Assembly: GCA_965367755.1 (NCBI GenBank) | Contig: CBDUKH010000001.1 | Coordinates: 73,810 to 137,809 of the forward strand | DNA from: an uncultured Rhodothermales bacterium | GTDB lineage: Bacteria > Bacteroidota > Rhodothermia > Rhodothermales > JABDKH01 | Reading direction: 5' to 3' | DNA length: 64,000 nucleotides | Part shown: positions 58,728 to 64,000 of the stretch, in pieces | Position numbering within the stretch: the stretch's first letter is position 1 | Layout: each line of letters begins with the position of its first letter | Notes under the pieces: generated by a model | What the model saw: only the letters and a program-made list of their open reading frames with translations | Database searches by the model: none | Told to the model about the DNA's origin: nothing | Position numbers and translations under genes: made by a program

Positions 58728-61313
58728 TCAGTTCGTAGGCTGATTCACGTTGGTTCCATCAGCCTGAGCCAGGTCCGGAATCAGCAGATCATGCAACGTG
58801 TTGGCAATCATCCGATGAGCTCTCTTGTTTGGATGAGTATCCCATGGTGCGAGTTGAAGCTCAGTCTCCTCCACACTAGCAATGGCCGGACGTAGATCAT
58901 AGATCTCGAAACCATATTTGTCGGCATGTCCCTTGACCGCTCCATAGCTTGCATTATCTGCCTGCGAACCACCGAGAGACGGAATGTAGAGAACACTGAC
59001 TTTCACGTCGTTCGAGTCGGCGTACGCGGCGACATAGCCGTACGCCCAGTCGACGATATTGTCGAACTCTGGTCGCAGTCTGCTAAATAGTTCACTCCGC
59101 GTGACAGTACTATCGATCTCCAGCTCTGCCATCAAGTTCTTCAGGTAGTCGTATTCCATGTCGATTCCATGCTCGTTCGCACGTCCGAGAACGTCGAATA
59201 ATCGCCGGGCGTAGTTTCCATGGGCAACAAGGAATATTTCATCGGGATTAAACTCCGGTACCTGTGTGTCCAGCTGTTTCAGAGATTGCAGCACAGTATA
59301 TGACGGTACCGAAAAATTGAGAATTTCAACAGATCGATTAGAACCGGCCAGTGTCTCATTCATTTTTTCTTCGACAATGGCTTCAAACACATCGACACCT
59401 TCAACACCCCAACCCATTTCTGTTGACGCTCCGAGTAGAGCGTACCGGTACGTGTTGGCCGGTTTCTCTTTGGTATAATCTTTATCTCGCATTCCCCAAC
59501 GATTTGTTTTGAACGCAATCTCTTTCCATTCGGTGTTCACCGAAGGCACGAGTACGTTGAGGAGGATACTGGAAGTATCCTTAGACGCTCCTACATCTGA
59601 AAGCTGCGTATTCCAACCCGGAGGACGTTTCGATTTTGTCGCCCAGAGTGCCGACAGGTAGTCGGTTGGTTCGAGCAGCGATTCGTAGTAACCTCTTTCA
59701 AGGACTTCCTGATCTTTTCGGTTAAGCTGCTCCGAATTGATCGTCGCGAGAAATTCCTGATTTTTTTCAGGCAGTTGTTCGAGTAGGGGTGGGAAAGCAA
59801 GTAGCAATAACATCACAGCGACAGCGTGTGGATACCATCGCTTTGCTTGCGGTCCAGCGGGAATAGAAAGAGTGCCTTCCTTAATATTGAATACCAGGTA
59901 CTGAACGATGGCACCCACTACGATAATACCCACGAGCATCGCCGCAAACAGTACAACTTCCGTCACTGTCGCGTCTGCAACGTGCGACACGAGGCCCAGG
60001 AAATCAGCCATAGTTGAACTTGACCACAACGACCAGAGGATCGTAATACTTGAGAATGTGGCAAGGACTTTCACAGAATGTTGCAATGCATTCTTCCATT
60101 CAAATCCCTTGATCCGTCGTCGTGGTTTACGCATCTCGATGAGCTGGCTTCCGAGCGCCAGCAATCCGAAGAAGAACCAGAACAATCCGTCCGTTACAGA
60201 GATTGGGAAGACGCCTCGCAACCAGAACCACTGATAGGCGTGGAGCAGCCAGGTAGCCAGAAAGACGAACATTGTGGACAAGATTACGGCCGGGTAGACA
60301 CCGAGCTTCTTGAAGCGAACGAAGGCAGGATAGTAGAAGATCTTCGCCATGAAGTCCTTCCAGTAAATATTTATCCGGCGCCAGTAATCCGAGAAGCTTG
60401 ACGCGAGAAAGTAAAGGTTGTTCGTCTCGGGCAGGTTATGTCCGAACAGGAGCATGATGCCGACTATCAGGTGGAATTGACCTGACACCCTGAGATACAT
60501 CAGGTACGTCGAAACCATGGCCCCTGCAACTCCCCATAGGCCTTGCACTTCGGATGCCGATGGAACAAGATGGATATACACGATCCGATAGAGGAGCAAG
60601 TGGATGACACCTCTGAATATCCACGAAATGCCACGCTGATAAATGTCGCTCGCGGGCTTGTTGTAATAATTTTTCTTGTAGGTCGTGTAATCAATGACCG
60701 GGAACAGAAGAAACACGAAGTTGGGAAGCATGAAGAAATATGTCAGCCGTTGCCAGACGGATACTCCAGGCTTTTCATGTCGGATGTCGAACAAGTAGAT
60801 GAGTATCCGAAAAATGAACATTGCACCGATGATCGGCAATACTATCGACGGTAAAGAACGCCACCCCACACGGAACAGTCCTCCGCTCCGTTCACCGACG
60901 GCTATCTTAACCTGGTACGCTTTCTCGACAACTTCTGGCGAGAAAAGATCTGCCCTTGCAGCTGCCAGTGCGGCACCTACGAGAAGTAATAGCGTGACAC
61001 GCATCCACATTTTGACGGGGAGATGGCATATCGCTATCATTCCGAGGCCGATGGCCAGGATGGCCACAACATGTATCGGCGGCAAAAGGACGATCATGCC
61101 TATCACCGAAAGCAAAAAGAGAAAAGCAGGGCGATACTTGAGCGGTAGAAACGAGTGGACTACAAAGCCCCCGAGAATCACGGGCATGATTTTGTAGAAA
61201 CCGAATAAGTGCTCGACACGGTACACCCAGATAACAGCCCCGATCAGGAGCAGTTGCGCCAACAGCTTAACAAAAGACTGGGGGTTGACAGAAGCGTTTT
61301 CGCTACGATTCAT
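58728..61313 (-). CDS. MBOAT O-acyltransferase fused to a C-terminal SGNH-like domain
   Basis: YLRVSG, PETN...FSDYWRR, TWLLH (catalytic His position); C-terminal LLGAS (block I) and DTHP (block V). Confidence 0.82.
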   Translation of the reverse strand: MNRSENASVNPQSFVKLLAQLLLIGAVIWVYRVEHLFGFYKIMPVILGGFVVHSFLPLKYRPAFLFLLSVIGMIVLLPPIHVVAILAIGLGMIAICHLPVKMWMRVTLLLLVGAALAAARADLFSPEVVEKAYQVKIAVGERSGGLFRVGWRSLPSIVLPIIGAMFIFRILIYLFDIRHEKPGVSVWQRLTYFFMLPNFVFLLFPVIDYTTYKKNYYNKPASDIYQRGISWIFRGVIHLLLYRIVYIHLVPSASEVQGLWGVAGAMVSTYLMYLRVSGQFHLIVGIMLLFGHNLPETNNLYFLASSFSDYWRRINIYWKDFMAKIFYYPAFVRFKKLGVYPAVILSTMFVFLATWLLHAYQWFWLRGVFPISVTDGLFWFFFGLLALGSQLIEMRKPRRRIKGFEWKNALQHSVKVLATFSSITILWSLWSSSTMADFLGLVSHVADATVTEVVLFAAMLVGIIVVGAIVQYLVFNIKEGTLSIPAGPQAKRWYPHAVAVMLLLLAFPPLLEQLPEKNQEFLATINSEQLNRKDQEVLERGYYESLLEPTDYLSALWATKSKRPPGWNTQLSDVGASKDTSSILLNVLVPSVNTEWKEIAFKTNRWGMRDKDYTKEKPANTYRYALLGASTEMGWGVEGVDVFEAIVEEKMNETLAGSNRSVEILNFSVPSYTVLQSLKQLDTQVPEFNPDEIFLVAHGNYARRLFDVLGRANEHGIDMEYDYLKNLMAELEIDSTVTRSELFSRLRPEFDNIVDWAYGYVAAYADSNDVKVSVLYIPSLGGSQADNASYGAVKGHADKYGFEIYDLRPAIASVEETELQLAPWDTHPNKRAHRMIANTLHDLLIPDLAQADGTNVNQPTN

Positions 61314-61703
61314 AATTGATGTTATCTGGGTAAAAGTATAAGCGGACGGATGATAACCGCGGGGTCGGATATAACCTTATCAAACTACTGTGAATCCCGA
61401 CGGATATTATCGTCTGAAATCGCTAGTAGTCAAGATTATCGGATATGGTCAAACATTCTCGCAAGTCAGAGCGACGTGTTTTGAACAGACGTAATTGCCC
61501 GATGTCACCTTTTCCAAGAGCAGTATCTCACGCCTGGATGCAAAGCAAATGTGCAAACGAACCACTTCCCCTTTAATGTACTGCATAAAATATCCACCTT
61601 GAGAGAGTGGATTTTCTGAAGAAATGCCCGGAGAAACGTCCATTTTTCTGATGATTCAGCAAACAGACGATTGCTGGAACCACGTCAGATGATCCTTTGA
61701 TTG

Positions 61704-62045
61704 TCAGTTCTTCAGGCGTCGGGCGAGGATACGGGCACGTTCCTCATCTTGATATGGGTCGTCGTCGGGTAGGTCGATGTGCCGGGAGGACGTTTGTGAC
61801 GCAGGCAATTTCTCCACAACATCGTCCCAGGCCTGGGTTGTCACGATGGTTTCGAGGTTCTTGATCCGCTCGGCCAACCGATCGTTTGCGGCTCGCATTT
61901 TTTCGAGTTCTTCAGCCACGGAATCCACATTCCCTGCCAGGGATTTGGTCGTATTGCCCAGATCGAGTTGTTTCTCCTTAAATTTAAGCCATTCGGTAAA
62001 GCCGCCGACCAGAATGGCGACAACAGGAATAAGGGCCCAGATCAT
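61704..62045 (-). CDS. Small membrane-anchored coiled-coil protein (PspB-like)
   Basis: N-terminal TM, heptad coil, RIKNLETIVT resembling the PspB C-terminal motif. Confidence 0.6.
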   Translation of the reverse strand: MIWALIPVVAILVGGFTEWLKFKEKQLDLGNTTKSLAGNVDSVAEELEKMRAANDRLAERIKNLETIVTTQAWDDVVEKLPASQTSSRHIDLPDDDPYQDEERARILARRLKN

Positions 62046-62122
62046 AAGTATGCCTTTGATACGTATTATTTGTACGTGTTGGGCCTACAATATAGAGATT
62101 ATCGAAGGAATGCTTTCTATTC

Positions 62123-62905
62123 ATGAGTAGCAAGTTTATGTACCAGGTTGCGTCAACCTGGCGTCGAATCTTCAGTCGTCGGGAAGAATCTCAAGGCGCT
62201 GGACCGGCCGTTTCCGCAGCCACGCTTGAAAGGCTGGAAGAAATAATCGGAGCAAAGATCAATTCACCAGAGTTGTTTTCTCAGGCGCTCCGTCACCGAT
62301 CGCTGTTGCGGCGACGAGCGGACAGTCGCATCATCTCCAACGAAAGATTGGAGTATCTGGGAGATGCCATTCTGGGCTTCATCATCGCTGACTATCTGTT
62401 TCATCAGTTCCGTGGTGAGAACGAGGGGTTCCTGACCCGACTCCGCGCGAAGCTGGTGAAAGGTGAAGCACTTGCCCGATATGCAGGAGAGATAGAGCTC
62501 GGAAAGCTTATACAAATGAGCGCTAACATGAAGCAAATGGAAGGCGCCACCAATGCCTCAATTCTCGCAAATGCTTACGAGGCAATCATAGGTGCTATCT
62601 ACATTGACATGGGGATAGAAGCGGCCCGAGCCTTCATCCACAAGACCATGCTGCAGCGAATAGACCTCGTACATCTTGCTCAAAAGACCGAAAACTACAA
62701 GAGCATCCTGCTGGAAGCGGCACAAGCCAAGGGCTGGAAACAGCCAGAGTATGTTGTAGAGACAGAAACCGGACCAAGCCACGACAAGACATTTACGATA
62801 AACGTAATCGTCAACAACGAAAAGATGGGCACCGGCATAGCCAATAACAAAAAGAAGGCTCAACAGCAGGCCGCCCGGCGAGCACTGGAAGTGCTCAGGG
62901 AATAG
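62123..62905 (+). CDS. rnc: Ribonuclease III
   Basis: NERLEYLGDA signature, YEAIIGAIYID, dsRBD NYKS...GPSHDK-x-F. Confidence 0.97.
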   Translation: MSSKFMYQVASTWRRIFSRREESQGAGPAVSAATLERLEEIIGAKINSPELFSQALRHRSLLRRRADSRIISNERLEYLGDAILGFIIADYLFHQFRGENEGFLTRLRAKLVKGEALARYAGEIELGKLIQMSANMKQMEGATNASILANAYEAIIGAIYIDMGIEAARAFIHKTMLQRIDLVHLAQKTENYKSILLEAAQAKGWKQPEYVVETETGPSHDKTFTINVIVNNEKMGTGIANNKKKAQQQAARRALEVLRE

Positions 62906-63019
62906 CGTTCTGCTGTTAATATTCTGTCAATCCGGTCTATATCAATTCTTTACTGAACAGTACGATTGTAGTATCGTTCGCACAGTTTATTGCACTCTTT
63001 GTCTAATGGTCACGCGCCA

Positions 63020-64000
63020 ATGTCAGTAAGTCTTAACAGAACCGATATTTTTAGCGATCGACACATCGGCCCATCCGATGAGGAGATCCAGGAAATGCTG
63101 TCCGTCGTGGAAGCTCCAACCCTCGACAATTTGATCGATCGTACGATACCCGATGCGATTCGCCTCGACAGAGAGTTAAACCTGCCTCCGGCCAGACCGG
63201 AGTTCGAACTTCTTAATGAGCTGCGAACTATAGGGGCCGAAAACAAGAGTTTCAGATCCTACATCGGGATGGGCTACTCGGGTACTGTTACCCCCAGCGC
63301 TATCCTGCGCAACGTCTTTGAAAACCCAGCCTGGTACACACAGTACACCCCATACCAGGCAGAGATCGCACAGGGTCGACTTGAGGCTCTGCTCAACTAT
63401 CAGACCATGATATGTGATCTGACCGGGCTTGAAATTGCCAATGCATCGATGCTCGACGAAGCCACTGCCGCCGCCGAAGCGATGATGATGATCAAGCGAG
63501 TGGAACGAGATGCCAACAAACACACCTTCTTCGTTTCGCATCAGTGTCACCCGCAGACCATTGCGGTGGTCCAACTCCGAGCCGAATACCTGGGTATAAA
63601 AATTGAAGTTGGAAACTCCTCGCTGTTTGAGTTTCGCGACGATGTCTTTGGTGCCCTACTCCAGTACCCGGCGACGGACGGGCAAATTGAGAACTATCAG
63701 GAGTTCTGCTCACGTGCACATGATGCCGGAGCACGGGTTGTCGTAGCCTCCGATCTTATGGCACTTGTGGTGCTCACTCCTCCTGGAGAATTTGGTGCTG
63801 ACGTCGCTGTCGGGAATTCGCAGCGCTTTGGAGTTCCTCTTGGATATGGCGGTCCTCATGCCGGTTTCCTGGCCGCGACCGAAGAATTCAAGCGACAAAT
63901 TCCCGGACGCATCATCGGAGTGACGGTAGATGCGGATGGAAACAGCGCACTCCGAATGGCATTGCAGACTCGAGAACAACACATCCGTAGGGACAAGGCG
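63020..64000 (+). CDS. gcvP: Glycine dehydrogenase (P protein), 3' end truncated by window edge
   Basis: Not in ORF track. Manual translation from ATG 63020: [18 protein letters not shown]...YIGMGY...[22 protein letters not shown]...ASMLDE...[16 protein letters not shown]. Confidence 0.97.
   Translation, partial: MSVSLNRTDIFSDRHIGPSDEEIQEMLSVVEAPTLDNLIDRTIPDAIRLDRELNLPPARPEFELLNELRTIGAENKSFRSYIGMGYSGTVTPSAILRNVFENPAWYTQYTPYQAEIAQGRLEALLNYQTMICDLTGLEIANASMLDEATAAAEAMMMIKRVERDANKHTFFVSHQCHPQTIAVVQLRAEYLGIKIEVGNSSLFEFRDDVFGALLQYPATDGQIENYQEFCSRAHDAGARVVVASDLMALVVLTPPGEFGADVAVGNSQRFGVPLGYGGPHAGFLAATEEFKRQIPGRIIGVTVDADGNSALRMALQTREQHIRRDKA

Noticed and set aside
62906-63019. Possible glycine riboswitch before gcvP
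   Set aside because: The spacer is short and AT-rich, with no aptamer motifs.
1-64000. Concentration of one-carbon genes (thyA-folA, glyA, gcvP) plus B12 uptake as a supra-operonic cluster
   Set aside because: They are spread over 64 kb among unrelated genes in different orientations; consistent with chance.
1-64000. CRISPR arrays, tRNA/rRNA, IS or phage genes, selenocysteine or frameshift recoding
   Set aside because: No spaced direct-repeat arrays, tRNA arms, transposase/integrase motifs or interrupted conserved genes were seen by eye.

Overview
A gene-dense chromosomal window from an FCB-group bacterium, most likely Rhodothermota/Rhodothermales. This placement is an inference from T9SS C-terminal sorting domains, CarboxypepD-TonB receptors with DUF4249-like partners and a Bacteroidota-style TatC. 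Housekeeping genes: folA (partial), thyA, apaG, korAB, trmH, gltA, rarA, glyA, tatC, ilvE, rnc, gcvP (partial), a split TRAP transporter and a PhoBR-like two-component pair. Envelope and secreted proteins are interspersed with these. A clear cobalamin riboswitch precedes a btuB - beta-propeller lipoprotein - BFD-like [2Fe-2S] operon. I found no tRNA, rRNA, CRISPR array, transposase, integrase or prophage gene, and no demonstrably novel system. The best leads are all hypotheses. (1) A mini-protein with a histidine-triad motif, divergent from a duplicated TonB-receptor/lipoprotein cassette. (2) A BFD-like ferredoxin apparently inside the B12 operon. (3) A single-chain MBOAT-SGNH fusion. (4) A secreted protein built from four copies of an unrecognised Trp/Gly-rich domain. 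(5) A Pro/Lys repeat extension on KorB. (6) A 12-bp-period CCTAGG repeat that also encodes a 22-aa FPRx peptide. Family assignments come from motif recognition, not database searches.
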